From the NCBI GenBank assembly GCA_040182905.1, contig JARQWU010000048.1, forward strand, positions 1-48,925: DNA of 48,925 nucleotides, written 5' to 3'. Shown here piece after piece: positions 1 through 15,000 of this stretch. This stretch comes from Barthelona sp. PAP020 (lineage: Eukaryota). The notes beneath the pieces are model-generated. The model was given only the letters and a program-made list of their open reading frames with translations, was not told where the DNA came from and ran no database searches. A program made the translations under genes and the position numbers. The first letter of the stretch is position 1, and each line of letters begins with the position of its first letter.

Positions 1-3000
1 GTTGAAAGAACGTGTCTATCATCGAGAAGACAAGCAGGATTACAACCGTCAATATTCAAATGATCTAATGATCTCGTTTCTGCGGCACCATACATCGATC
101 CGGCTAACAATGTAATGTTGTGAGCATAAATGTTTGCAAAACCTATTCTTTTACCACCATTCAAAACAAATCTCTTGTTGGGCAAAATGAAACTACCATT
201 GTGATTAAAAATTGCATTTCCATTAATTAGCAGGTCTGCCACCTCAAATCCAGGGGAAATTTTGGAACTTATAATAAATTCACCGCAATTCAAGTCAATT
301 TTAGCGGCTTCATTGATATAATTACCATCAATAAATGTAATTTTAGGAGATTTTCCGCTATTTAATACACCAAGGGTTATATTAGCTTTGTCAAGATCAG
401 CTTGACCAGTCTCAAATTCAAAAGTACCAATTAAAACTTTCATATCTGTAATCCAAGGAAGTTTACTAGTTGATGAGCTTTCAACATTATATCTGACAAA
501 ACTATTCAAACCGTTCACAACAAACCTAATTTGATCAATTGAATTTGAGTTATAAAGATAAACATCACTATTTGGTCCATAAACATCAATCAAACAAGAA
601 ACAATACGAGTATTAATGTAATAGACTTTTGATTCACTGATTTTGAAGCCATTTACAAGATTTACGTATGCAGTAACATAAACTTTCGAATTAACATAGT
701 TAAACAAACCATTGCCATTGATATTGGTCGAAGAATTAAAAATAGCACCACCATTAATAACAGTAGTGACACAACCTTCTTTCAACTGAACATCTGAACC
801 TTCTATCGTTAAATTGTTAAAGTTACCATTTCCAAAAAGTGTAAAAGAACCAACGGCATGCAAATACACCCACATATTAAATTTATGGGTATTTTCACTT
901 TCAATTCTAGTTTCACCCATTGAATAAAAGGTAGGGAATCCATTCTCAGTTGTTCCTTCAACGAAGTAAGTGCATGTTATATCAACATTAACATAGAACA
1001 ATTCAATAACCTTAACGAATGCGGTAGGATGCAACCATAATTCCTTGTTGCCAACAATCCATTGTCTAACCTTAATATACACATTTTCATATATGTGGTC
1101 AACAGAATCAAGAGTAGGGAATTCAATCTTGTTTGCTTCAATTCTTAAAGTTCCATAAACATGAGAATAAGACAATGAAAGGTTTATCACAACAATAAGA
1201 GCATTACATTCAATACACTCATAGTTTGCTTGACCAACATATGCATCATTAACAATCATATCTTGAACGTAGAAAGGATGATGATTGATAAATCTTCCCT
1301 TTGAACTGACTTTAATGGTATCAAAATATGAATTTCCAATATATTTGGAAACGAATAAACCATTATCATACACGTTCAAGAGCTCAGCACCATCACCATA
1401 ATTCATAATAGCAGCAGGCTCTATTTCAAAGATTCCACCTCCATAAACGTAGAATCGACTTTTAATTGTGTTAACGTTGATAATAGATCCATTTCTGAAG
1501 ATTACATTACCTCCATTATTTTTAATTTCTCTTATGCTTTCAATATGACAATCTTTGACAAACATTAAAGACCCAGTGTTATAAATAGTGATATTTCGAA
1601 CATAATCAGTTTCCAAAGTATTATTGAAAAGTAATGTACCATAATTGTCAATTAAACCTTCATCAATTTTTCGGTTTATTGTTGAATAACCATAGTTGAT
1701 CAATTTACCAGTAATTTTTGCACGGTCATCATGGAAGAAAGAACCTGACTCCTTGATAATAAGATTTGAGGTATTCGTATTTTCGAAATATCCTGAAGTA
1801 ATGTTGAATTCATTAAATACATTAAAATCCGTATTTTCCAAAGTCATTTCACCACCAGAAAGAACAACATATCCATAACTATTGGGATAATTTGAACTGA
1901 CAGTGTAACGTTGAATAAAGTTGGTACGGTTGAAATAATGAATTCCATTGGTAAAATTAACTCCAATATTAACATCAAACGCTTTATCATGCATGTTGAC
2001 TTTTGTGGTACCATTACTCGTCCAATAAGCCAAACTGCTTTGATCAGATGGTTGTCTAATGTAAATATTACGAGAAGGATATTCACCATTGTCAATATTC
2101 ATGGTACCATCATCTAAAATGTTGAAAGAAGTTCCATTATACATATTGATAACACCACAAACAATATTCATTGTTCCACTCACTTCAATAGTTGTGATAA
2201 AGCCTTCCTTTGTTGGGCTGCTGAATTGAACAGAATCAGTATCTGCACTACAATCATTGGGAATAAGTTTCATTATTGCCATTTTTGCAATATAAAGAGC
2301 AGTATATTTGGCTCCATGACTTCCATAGAAATATCCACCCTTAAAGATGTAATTACCAAAAAGTCTAATGGTGTTCAAATTAGAATATATTTCTCCACTG
2401 ATCAAAGTAATGTTGTTAACATCGATGAAGTTCTCGTTGTTGAAATTTATAACACCTCCATCAACAAACACATGACTGATATTTTTGGTGAAAGAATCAT
2501 TAATGTTGATGATGCCACCAGTTGATTTCAACAATAAATTATCAGCATCAAAATCAGTAACATCATTAAACAAAAGAAGACCTCCTTCATTGGTGATGGT
2601 ACAATCTTCTAAAAAGTGAACTGTGGCGTAGTTTTTGTACACGACGTTTCCTTCTCCAATTCTCAAAGAATGCATGTGAGTATTTGATGCTGAAGCAAAT
2701 GTGATATTTCCATTTTTGTCAACAATGGCTCCATTGAACTTGTAAATGGTGCCATTAAATACGGACATACCAATTTCATTGTAAAGTTTAAGTTCATCAA
2801 TAAAACTGTCATTGTGGGTAATTAATTTTCCATCATTGATAACACTGATATCCAAATAATCTGCATGAGAATCACCGAATTCAAGTAAACCAGTACCACT
2901 GACAACAATCTTACATTCTAAAGCAAATAATGTTGACTCATTTGCAAATCTAACATGTGAAAAAATAACCATCTTTCCATTTGTACAAGTAAACTGTCCA

Positions 3001-6000
3001 TGTATTTCCATAGGTGAATAAACTTCAACAACCACATTTTCTCCTACAATGGAGAATTTGGATAATTGATCCACAAACAAAATGGTTTTTGAGAATAATG
3101 TGCTTCTTACATTAAAAGAAGCACCCTTTTCTATTTTAACTCTGTTAAGTTCAGAAAGATTCCATGAACCGTAATTTTCAACATTTTCAAAAACAGTTGG
3201 AATCACTAATGATCCAATTGTAATTGAGTCATATGAACAATCATCATTCATAATTTCAAAAGTAGCTTTGGGAGACTTGAACAATACAAGACTTCCACGT
3301 TTTAAATCAATCAATCCACATTCAGGACAATCTGCTACTTTAGTTGGATATACCTCGATCTTACCATCTAAAATAATCAATTCTGACATATTTCCAAGTG
3401 TTTTCAAAGTTTTCGTGTGGAAAGTACCAAGAGCATCATTCACAATTCTAACCGTAGTATTTGCATCAATATGACCACCTTGGAAATTAAAACTGTTTGT
3501 GATATCAATCGAATTTCCATTAATTTCATTCAAAGTGCCATCCAAATCCATTGTTAAATCAACAATTTCAACGTATCCATCATACAATGAATATATTTCA
3601 ACATAACCAGTTTGATTGATAGTTATACAAGGATAAATTTGGGAATCCAATACAGCACCATCATACAGGAGTAAAATGCCATCATTAACGACAAAGCATC
3701 CAATAATAGTAAGATGTGCATTAGAAGACACATTGAATAAACCTCCATTCATATTGACATTCATAATGGTAGATTGAGCATCTTCTTCAAAGAGAACATC
3801 ACCTCCTTGAATGTCAGGGAATTCAATGGAAGATATCAAAGAATCATTGTGGAATATAGTGGAAGAATTATCATACATGTGACGATGGTTGATCCAATTG
3901 ATTTCACAAGGTCCATATTCAACCAATTTATCATACTGGTGAACAATTGTGACTGAATTGAGATCATTGTTCTCTATCCATTGATAATGATCCTCGTCAA
4001 AGACTATTTCAATGAAAATATCATTTCCGTACACTTCATTCATCAAAACAATACCACCGATCCATTCCAAAGGCAAATATGCTATTTGAGTATCTCTCAG
4101 ATCTAAAAGTCCAGCATCAATATAAACTAAACCAAGCACATTCAAATAACCATCTAATGTGACATAAGCGTCATCATCTGTAATTTTGAAATAACCTTTT
4201 CCAACCAAACCACAATTTTCTTGTAAATCAAATCCATAATGAACTTCAGCAATAGCTCTATCATTTATGGTGATATTTGATGCTAAAGTATTGTAAATAC
4301 CTGTAACATTACTTTCAAAGATGACATGAGCATCTTCAGTAAGAGTAAGATTACCATTGTCCAATTCAACTCTCCAATAAATAGTTTCTGAACCAGTCAA
4401 TGAAACATCACCATTTATACGCAACAGAGAACGATCATCAGATGTTCTGTTTGTAACATCCATCAATCCATTGTTCAAAGTCATATTCAAAAGAGAACCT
4501 TTTGCAATTCTGAATGTCACAAATTCATCACCCATAATAACACCTTTGTTCCATTCACCATAACCAAACAATTCAACAAATACTTGATTTTCAAAAGATT
4601 TCTGTTCAATCGACGTCATCAATAATTTATCAAGTTTGAAGTGACCACCAAATAAGATACCTGAGAAGAAGTTGAATTCAGTTATGAAACCTTCTTGGAT
4701 ATAAATGGTACTGTTCTCACCAGTCATGTTCAATGTAGAGAAATGAGAAGATATGGTTGTATCCAATGTTGTTGAACTAAAGTGTGCATCAGTAATATTT
4801 AAAACAATATCGTACATTTTGTTGTATGTACTGTTAATTGAAAAAATAGCATCATCATACAACTCAATAGTCGAACCCAAAAACATCAAAGTGTTCATTT
4901 CATCAATGCTCACTGAAGAAGAAGATTTTCCAACAAACTTTGAATTGGCTTCCAATCCCAGATTGCTACTATTAAATGTTACTTCACTTGAGTCTTCCAT
5001 CAACCAATTAACATGACGAATCCAAGTCAAATTAGATACCATTACATTTGCATTTTGCATTTGAAGATAGGATTCGGATAAATCTGTGTTAAACATTTCG
5101 AGAACACCAGTCAATAAATTAATCTTAAGCACATCAACTCGATTATTGCTCAACAATACATGTCCATCAATGTTATTCATGAATAGTTGTATAGAAACAG
5201 ATTCATTCAAGAATATGTTACTGTTGATATCAGAATTGATAACAGCACTGTCAATCTTTCCGTCTAAAACGGTCAACAAGTTAAAATCATTCCAAACACC
5301 ATCAATATCCAAAACTGAATATGAAGTAACATTTCCTTTGTTGTTGACAACACCTCCATTTTGAATGAATAAAAGTCCATTATTGATAATATTGGATTTA
5401 ATATTTAAAGTAGAATTGACTTGAGTAACATTACCTATGATAACATCCAAATACAGTTCAGCAGTACCTTGATCAACTCTGAAAAGTCCTTCATTTACAT
5501 TCAGAGTGGAGTTTGTTCCATGTAACTCAACATTTCCTGTCGTAACTATCACAGATGTTGGTTTGGTTGTGTTTAAAATGACGTTATCCAAATATATTTT
5601 TTCAGTTCTCATTTCAGTTGTATTGTTGAGATGAATATTCATGTTAGAGAAATTTCTAATGACAGATTCACCCTCTAAAATTCCATCAAATATCGTTAAG
5701 AAAACATCTTCAGCCATTATGTTGTGTATAGTTGTATCATTCAATATTAAATGACTTGATTTGTCACCAACAATAATACCATTATCAATGATTGATTCAT
5801 CGATGATTAGAGGGCAATTGGGAATTGAAACATTTAAAATACCATTTGTGTACATATCAAGACGCTTAAATTCATGATTTGAGCAATTGATATCAACAAA
5901 GGCAACAGATTGTTGTCTGATATCAAAAGTCATAGGATGAATGTAGACTTGCTTATCAAAGATCAAATGTCCAGCCAAATGAACGTAATCAGAAGCATTG

Positions 6001-9000
6001 TATTTGAATTGCATTTCATGAACTTCTAAAGTACCATTAGTTTCAAAATATAAAGCTGCACCACTGTGAATATTCAAAGTAACGTTTGAACCACCTTTGA
6101 ACCAAACATGTTTGTTTGAAGGCATCTGAATTCCACCATCGGGTTTCACATCTATTGTACCATGATAATAAGATCCTTCACCATCAAAAGTCAAAAATCC
6201 TTTTTCAACGACTAGTTTTCCACTGTATTTTTGATAAATATTCGTCATCAAATATGACAATGTGTTAATGCTGCAAAGGTCCTTTTGAATTAAACCATAA
6301 TTGATGATTGAACCAGTTCCGTTAAAAGTCGTTCTGCCACAAATATGCAAATATGCATCACTATGAACAATCAATTGCGCATCATTGTTGATTTCAATTG
6401 CAGATCCAACTTCAGCAGTAGCATCTCCATAAAGATTTACAATACCAGAATCAATAACTTTTTTGAATTTTTTATATTGGAACTGTAATGAAGTTTGAAT
6501 ATTGGTCACACCACCATCGATACAACCATCTTTAATTATAACTTCGTTAACATTCAATTCACCGGGTCCAATCCTACAAGATCCACAATCTAATACCATA
6601 ATATTGGCTTCTTGTTCTCCCAAAATAGTAACATTTGGTCCACATACTGATACAGTTGTTTCAGCACAAAAAGTAGCATCAGGAGTAAATACAACAGCGC
6701 CCAACCCTTCAACAACAGAATCTCCAGTAATACAGAAATCACCACCAAAAATAAAAGTCTTTTCATCATTGAACTTGACTGTAACATCATTTCCTACCAA
6801 TCTTGTACCTTTCTCAAATACATAATCTTCATCAATTCTCAATTCTTGAGTAACATTGACAACACCATCAGTTGCCTTTCCACCAACTGTTGCAGAGAAA
6901 TACTCCCAATTGGCATATAAAAGTTCACTCTTTTGGAAGAATCTCCATTCAATATTCACACCTTTAGCTCTATCATCACCATACATATATCCATCATTAA
7001 TTAGCTGAGGTTTATAATTATGTTCAGTGATATTATACAAAATACCTTTAATTAGATATTGTTTAATTGTGGGTTTGGGTCTTAAAGACAATTCTAAATC
7101 TTGAACTTCCCACATAGATTCATAACCAATTTTAAACTCTCCAGTGTTGATAAAACTAGCACCATAATCTCCAATAAATTTAGTTTTTCTTTTTGTTTCA
7201 CCATAACCTGCATTCTCAAATGTACATGTGTCCAATAATGAAACACTGATTTGAGGACTAGGGAAACCTGGTGGTAAAACTATTCCATTTGGCCATTCAC
7301 GATCAAAAGTTGTAGTACCAGTACAAACTGTGATTCCTGTTTCACAACAACCACCACCTGACCATTTTGTTTCTTTGCTGACAAGGAAATGATCAGTTCC
7401 ACCACGATAACCACCTTCAAAGTTCAAATAATCAACATAAACAGGTCGCTCATTATAGAACAAGGCAAATCCTGAACCAGTCAAAGTAATTTTTCCAAAA
7501 TACACATCTTCATCTTGTTTTAAAAAGGTGATATTTGAACCAGCAACTGTCAAATTTGCATTTTGTGTGAATAATACACCTGGATGTACATACAAGTTAC
7601 CAATATTTGAATCAACCCCATCTTCAAAATTATTCGTGGTTTGAGGGAATGTAATTGTTAAATCTTCGAAATTCATATAACCAAAAACATGACCAACAGC
7701 GTCATTGGTGACAAACATAATAACTGCATCTGTAACATCAAGAATTGAAGAAACATTGAAGTAAAATACTTCACCAATACCCAAAACAACCGCAGAATCT
7801 AAGAATATTTTTCCGGAAGAAAAACCACCTCTATGAAGATAGAAATAACCTCCAGAAGCAGACAAATTATAGAAATTCTGAACTATTAAAGATAAATTAA
7901 CAGATGATTGAATGTCAACTATACCCTCATTAATAAAATATGCTTCAGTTTGTCTTGAATCAGGAGAACACATCATATTGATTGGGAACTTGATTTCAAG
8001 AGTACCCTTTTTATCATTGATGAATCTAGAATGATTTTCGGATCTGAATTGAGCAAACTCATTTGCAGCGACTCCAACATCCAACAAGGAAGGAGGGAAC
8101 ACAGTGTAATTAAAATTGATAAATGTGGCATTATTCATGAATCTTGAATTGAGACTCCTGTAGATGTACGAAGAATTATGCGAATAAGTTCTTGAATATG
8201 GGCCTAAACCACCACCTCTCCAATGGAATGAATGAAGAATATTCAAAATGTCTTTTCCCATACGATAACCATTTGTCATATAAAAATCGATAATGGAACA
8301 ATTCTTGGTTGTTTCAAATTCAATAATACCACCAGTTAAATTGACTTTTATCAAATCAATAAGAATACTGCCTTCTCTAAAACCACAATATCCATCAATG
8401 ATGAGTAATTTTGTCAATTCTTCAACAATATTGCCTTCTTCAAACAAAAGTCTTCCTCCTTCAATGGATACAACTTCAAAAGTCTCAAAATGATTGTAAA
8501 TAGTAATATTACCACTTTGATATATGTTAACAAAAGCATAATTTGGTTTGAAAATACTTGTTGGACCAAATACTAACTCATTATAGATTGAAAGGTTTTT
8601 ATAACCAAAGCTAACATTCATCATTGTGTTTACCAAGAATTGTCCTTCAATTAAACCACCTTCAAATATCCAAAATTTGACACCTCCATTTTCAAGAAGA
8701 ATAAAACTATTCTTTGTGGCAAAGATATCGGTATGAATTTCAACATATTCAGCAATTGATGTCAATGCAGTCTCAATAATATTGAAAGTCCCATTACCAT
8801 ATGGATACCCATTTGATGAGAAATTATGATTAATGTAAAAGTTGCTTGAAGTGGTAAAGTTACTTACTTCCATTTCAACTAAATTAAGTATGTCCTTGTC
8901 TACAGTCCACTTTGAATTACTCAAAACACCGCATTGACTCTTTATGGAGGCATATTGAACAACTTCACCAACATTTGTGTTTAATAAAGCAACGTGAGTA

Positions 9001-12000
9001 CCATCATCACTACAATTAAACCAAATACTTTGATGAATTTGTAAATCTCCATAATTTTGTATTAAGGATGTGTTCCAAACATTTAAAACCAAATAATCTT
9101 CAGAAGCTTCAATAAATGTCGTTGAAATGATCCAATCAATAGTAGAATTGTCAACAACACCAGTTTCATCTTCCAAATAAACAAAAGTTTCATTAAATAC
9201 GCTGTAGGAATTATTAAAGAAAAATCCACTGTACCAATGTATTGTGGAGACATATAATGTCGTTGTACCATCTCTCTTTGACTTTGTAAAAGATAGATCT
9301 TTAAATATTGCATCTTCTTTGGTATTAATACTGATCCAACTTGATGTGACATCAACTAAATCAGATAAGAAATACATATCTAAAGCTTCAACATACAAAA
9401 ATGATTGAACAGAATAAACGTTGAGATAATAATCAATTTTTGATTCTATAATAGAAAGATTAGTTGTTGTGATTGATAAATTGCGTAATAACTCAATTGT
9501 GTTGTTATATAAATATATTGAAGAATCAAAACTTTCAAAATAATCAAAATATTTGACGAACATAATATTCTTCATGGATACATCTGATGATTCAAATGAA
9601 CAATGAGTAATGTTTGAATCAAAATTAATGTCTTCCAAAGTCAATACACTGTTTTGATGTGTTAAATTCATAAAAATTTCCATATTCAATGAATTGTCAA
9701 CAAATGTTGAATTATTCATTATCAAAGCACTATCAATAGAACTGAATGATCTCAATAACAGTAAATCTAAAGCATTGTCAATATATGCATCCCATTTAAA
9801 GACAGTATCAATAAAAGTGACATTACTATTCACAAAAGATGCATCAAAAATCAAATTGTCAACAAGTGAGAATTGATTATCAGTTGAATCTTTTAATAAC
9901 CAATTAAAATTAACATTATTTGCAATAAACATACTATCAACACTTGTAATATTAAAAACTATGTTATCAACACGTGAAATCAATGAAGAATTAAAATATT
10001 TACCAGATTCAACAATTGTCCAGTTATAAACTACATTATAGAATTCAACTGAACTGTCAATCATATACAATTTCATGCTCATCGTATTATTGTTTGTAAT
10101 ATCCATTAAATCAGTACCTGTTGATAAATCAAACAAGTAACATGATATGGTCATGTTATCCAAAGAAACAACACTACCTTGGTAATTCATTGCAATAAGC
10201 AATTTGTCTAAATCTAAATTAAAGATATTTTCACTTTCAATAGTGATACTAACATTATATAACACATTAATAAATGCAATATCACTGTCAACAATAGTTA
10301 AACTTTTGAACATGTCATCATACAAGGAAACAATATTTGAATTTGAAATAATACCACTGAAACCTTGAATATGAATGTCTTCAGAATTGAATAAAGTATC
10401 AACAATTGAAATTGTTCTTCCATTATCAATTGGAGCCATAAATATCATTGGGTCATTCAATTTATGCTTCATATAAACATCATCATAATCAATAAAGTGG
10501 GTTCTGTTACTCAATAAATAAGTCCCATTTAAATTAACTTTTCTTGAAAACAGTAAAGATTCTGCATTAATACTAGAATTATCATAAAAATCAATAATGA
10601 AACTGACCAACCCAGTATTAAATTTAAGCTCAGCATAATTAGTAAAGTTACCTTCTTTACATGTGGCAAAATGAGCATTTACATTGGATGTTACTAAATT
10701 ATAATTAATAAATGATCCAACAGTAATATTTCTGGCTTCATCTAAAACTTTTGTATTCGTTGGTGTTACCATAACCATTCCTTTGTTGATGAAGTCTTCT
10801 CCAACAATTAAATTCATCAAAATGTTAGTTACAGCATTTTCTGAGTTGATAAAAGATCCTCCAATCAAAGCAACAGATGTACCAAAACTAACATACTTTT
10901 CATTAACAAAGAATCCATTGCTAAATTCAATAGTTATATATGTAACATCTTCATAATTCAAACTTAAAGGTTCTTCTGTGCTTGAAAAAACTATATCTGC
11001 TCTATTAATAAGTTCTGTATTGTTTCTGATACATTTACTACCAGTAGATTTAATAGAACCATAATTCTCAATAATGCTGGTAGTTTTGACACTATCTAAA
11101 CCAACAAAACAACCTGATTGCCAATCCAAATTGCTAATTCTTAAAAGATCACCACCCATTCTGATACCTCCATCAATAATCGATAAATCTGTAATTGAAG
11201 TTGTATTTGTTGTATCAAAATGAACAATTCCTGATAAAACAACTGAATCTAATGATACAGGATCATTTAAAGAAATAAATTCCACTTCACCTGATATTAT
11301 AATATCTTTTACTTGTTTCAACCACGTGAAATCAACAAACTTTACATAACCACTTATTTCCATTGGTTTATCCTGCATATAAATTGTACTGTGTTCAAAA
11401 GTAACTGATGCATCAGAACCTACAATGAATGTATGATCTAAAGTGACTTGATCATGCGAAAATAAATGGGTACCACCAAGAAGTCTGAAATTAGTATAAC
11501 TTGTACTTCTTAATTCAGCATTCCAAACCGTGTTTACATAAAAACTAATTGCATTGGCATGCATTTCTGTATATGAATTTGTGTAAGACGAGTATTTGAC
11601 CGAAAAATCAACATCAGATAATAATTTAAAAGTACCATAATTCTCAAATATGGAATTATCACTCAATCTTTTGAATTTCATTGCAGTACATGTTGACATT
11701 GTACCATAATTACTGAAATGTTGAACAACAATTGAAGGAGAATAACCAAAATAACCGGAACAAACAAAATTTAATGTTCCAAAATTAAGCAAATGACTTG
11801 TATCTTGAGAATCAATAGAATACATTATTTCCATTGTCCCATAATTCATAAATGTACCAGAATACATTTGCCAATTTGTATTTACTTTGACAACCCCAGA
11901 ATTGTTAAAATATGCGTCTCTTCCAAATTGAAGCAAAAACCATGGCATATTTGAAGGTGTAGCATTGGGATCTTCACTTTCAATAATCAAAATTCCATTA

Positions 12001-15000
12001 TTCCACAAACTTACTTGTTCATTTAAAGCAACAGGTGAACTTCTGAAATACATTTCTCCATTGTTAACCAATTTAAGACTTTCATGGAAAAATGATGCAT
12101 TTACAACTAATTTGTCTCTGAAAATTACTTTATCAGTTCCATAGAAATGTGCATTAACAAAATTCATACTGCTCAATTCAATTTGAGCACCACCATTTAA
12201 ATATAAATTTGAATTTGTTACATCAAAAGTAGTAGAAAAACCAACTTGTTTCGATCCCTCGAAATACACTTGTGAATTGACGATTGTCCATGAATCAAAT
12301 TGGAAATCAGAATTAACAAAACGAACAGTGGAATCAGTAATGGAAATACTATTGCCTTCGATTAAAGCCATATTTTCCAAAGTAACATCAGTATTGCTAA
12401 AAGTTAAATGGTTACAACTTTCATATTGACCTCTAATTAATATTGGTTGTCTGTCATCATTAAATTGTCCTTCACAAGCATTAATAATAGAATTGACACC
12501 AAATGTGAAGGTTCCTTCTGGGTCATAATATCTAGTTTCATAATGATAATCAATAACTATACCTAAGAATGTTTTATCAATTACTTTAACAGTATAAGTA
12601 GGTAACAATAAATATAATCTAGAAGAAGAATGAATCAAATTGATAGTACCATCATGTGATCCATAATAATACAAATAAACACTTCCATAGTTAATATCCC
12701 AAATCGAGCCTGTATAACTGCTGACATGTGTCATAAAAACTGAAGAAACACCGTTTTCAACAATAGTCTTATTGCCATTAACAAAAGTACTGCCACCAAC
12801 TTGAACCCTTCCATCGATTGTAAGATGTCCATTGTTAACAAATGTAGTACCGTAAACATATCTGGTATACTTTACATGCTCTGCCAATGTACCAATATTC
12901 ATAATATTTTTGTTTTCAAAAGAAGAAGGCAAAATCATATTGCATAAAACAATTAAATTACCTTCATTAACAAAAGACGAAGAAGAAACTTCCGAAAATT
13001 GGAAATTTGTTGCAAAATAAAAAGTTCCAGTTGCTTGATTGATTATAGTTGCACCAGCGTACATTGTTATCACAGTCGTTGGCATCTCACTTAGTTTTGA
13101 ATATTGTAATGATTCAACAAATTCAATCCTATTATAATTAATTAATTTTGCTGAAGCTCCTAACATCAAATTATCTACTCTGTAAACTTGGGAATTACCA
13201 TACAAAGAAGTTGTCGTGGAATCTCCAAATCCACCACCTCGCCAAATAAATGATTCAATAACGTGTAAATGATCAGTACCAGAACGATAAGAATTAATGA
13301 ATGTCAAAGAGTTGAAAGTTATCAAAATACCAGTATTTAAAACGAAAGTAGAATAATAATTAAGGTAAACACTATTGGTTCCGGTCAAACTGGAACCACT
13401 TTGGAAATCAACTGTACAATGATATGTATTGATATTACCAATTTCAGCATTTGCCCCAGAAAGTCCGATAAAATTGATAGAATTTAAATTCATTGAATTT
13501 TTGACAACAAAAGAACCACTGACCTGCACAATTGTTGGACGGTAAACATCCAATAAACCTTGTGACAATAAAACTGAAGATGTGGAAGTGAATATCATTG
13601 AAGGTGTTCCGTCATACACAAAAAATGCATTTGCATAATTGGAAGCATCATTGATGTATAAATTGTTTGTTGAATCTTCCATCAAAAGTTCACCTTCAAT
13701 GGAACCACCTTGTTTGAACATCAAATTACCATTTTCTACAATCAAATGTGAATCCGCAGAAGAAGCAAAATGAACTTCAAACGTTACTAATTGAGAAGGA
13801 TATTTGATAAACATGTAATGTCTATTAATAAAATAAGAACGCCTAGGTGTTGTTACATAATTTCCCTCATATGTGGAAGGCAATTTTCCTTCAAAAGTGA
13901 ATGAACCAATGATGCTAATATTTCCTTCATTAATAAAGTATCCTTTTTGATACAATTTAATAGGTCCTGATTCTTCAATGTCAATAATACCTTTGTTTGT
14001 AAAAGTGCTGGAAGAAAGTTGTTTCAATGCAGTACCTTTGATTATTGTGGATTTTAGACTGTTTACAAACAAATAGACTCCGTTTAAAACACCACCTTGC
14101 CAAGTAAATGTTTCAGAAATGTCTAACGTGGTAGCAACTGAACCACTTCCAAGAGTTCCACCATTCATTTGTAAATATGGGAAGGATAAATATGCATAAT
14201 TGTAAAAATATAGTGAACCACCGGAAATTAGAATTTTAGTAGGTTCTAATTGTCTTGATATACCACGAACATACATATTACCACCAATTAAAGTAATATT
14301 CTTAAAAATTGCATCACTGTTATCCAAAAAGTCGATGGTTCCACCACTCAATACCATATTTGTAAAATCGAAAAGGGAATTAGCCTCGAAATAGATGTAT
14401 GGTGAAGTTCTTGTACTATCATATGCCCAATATCTTCTGGTGCAGTATTTAGTTACATATTCATAATCTTTGATGTAATGACCACATTTATATTTTTCAG
14501 TTTTCACGTATCCAACTTTTTTATACATGCTATAAAAGTTAAAAGCTGGTATATTACTGCTTGTGTATGTATAACCAGGTGCCAATGAAACAGAACCATA
14601 AATTTGACACTTCAATGTTAAACAACTGTAAGCTTTCCAATTACTATTTGGGTACATGATTATTTCTGATGTGGCATCAACATTTAAACCAACTTTGGGG
14701 TAAAATGTACCATAAATATGAATGATTGAATTTTCAGATATTTGTAATCCTCTGTCAAACATTGCAAATTCTCCACTGGATGTGATGTTCATAGTTCCTT
14801 TATAATCCACCTCCAAAGAAGAAGCTGTTGTTGAATAAGGCAAAAAGGTGAAAGACTCATCCAAATATTCAACATAATAATCAACTGGTAATAAACCACT
14901 TGGTATAAATGTTACCATATAATGACACTGTGGCTTATGAATTTTTAACATAACTGAATCTGGAGGATTACTTGAACACCAAGAACTATCTGTTGCACAT

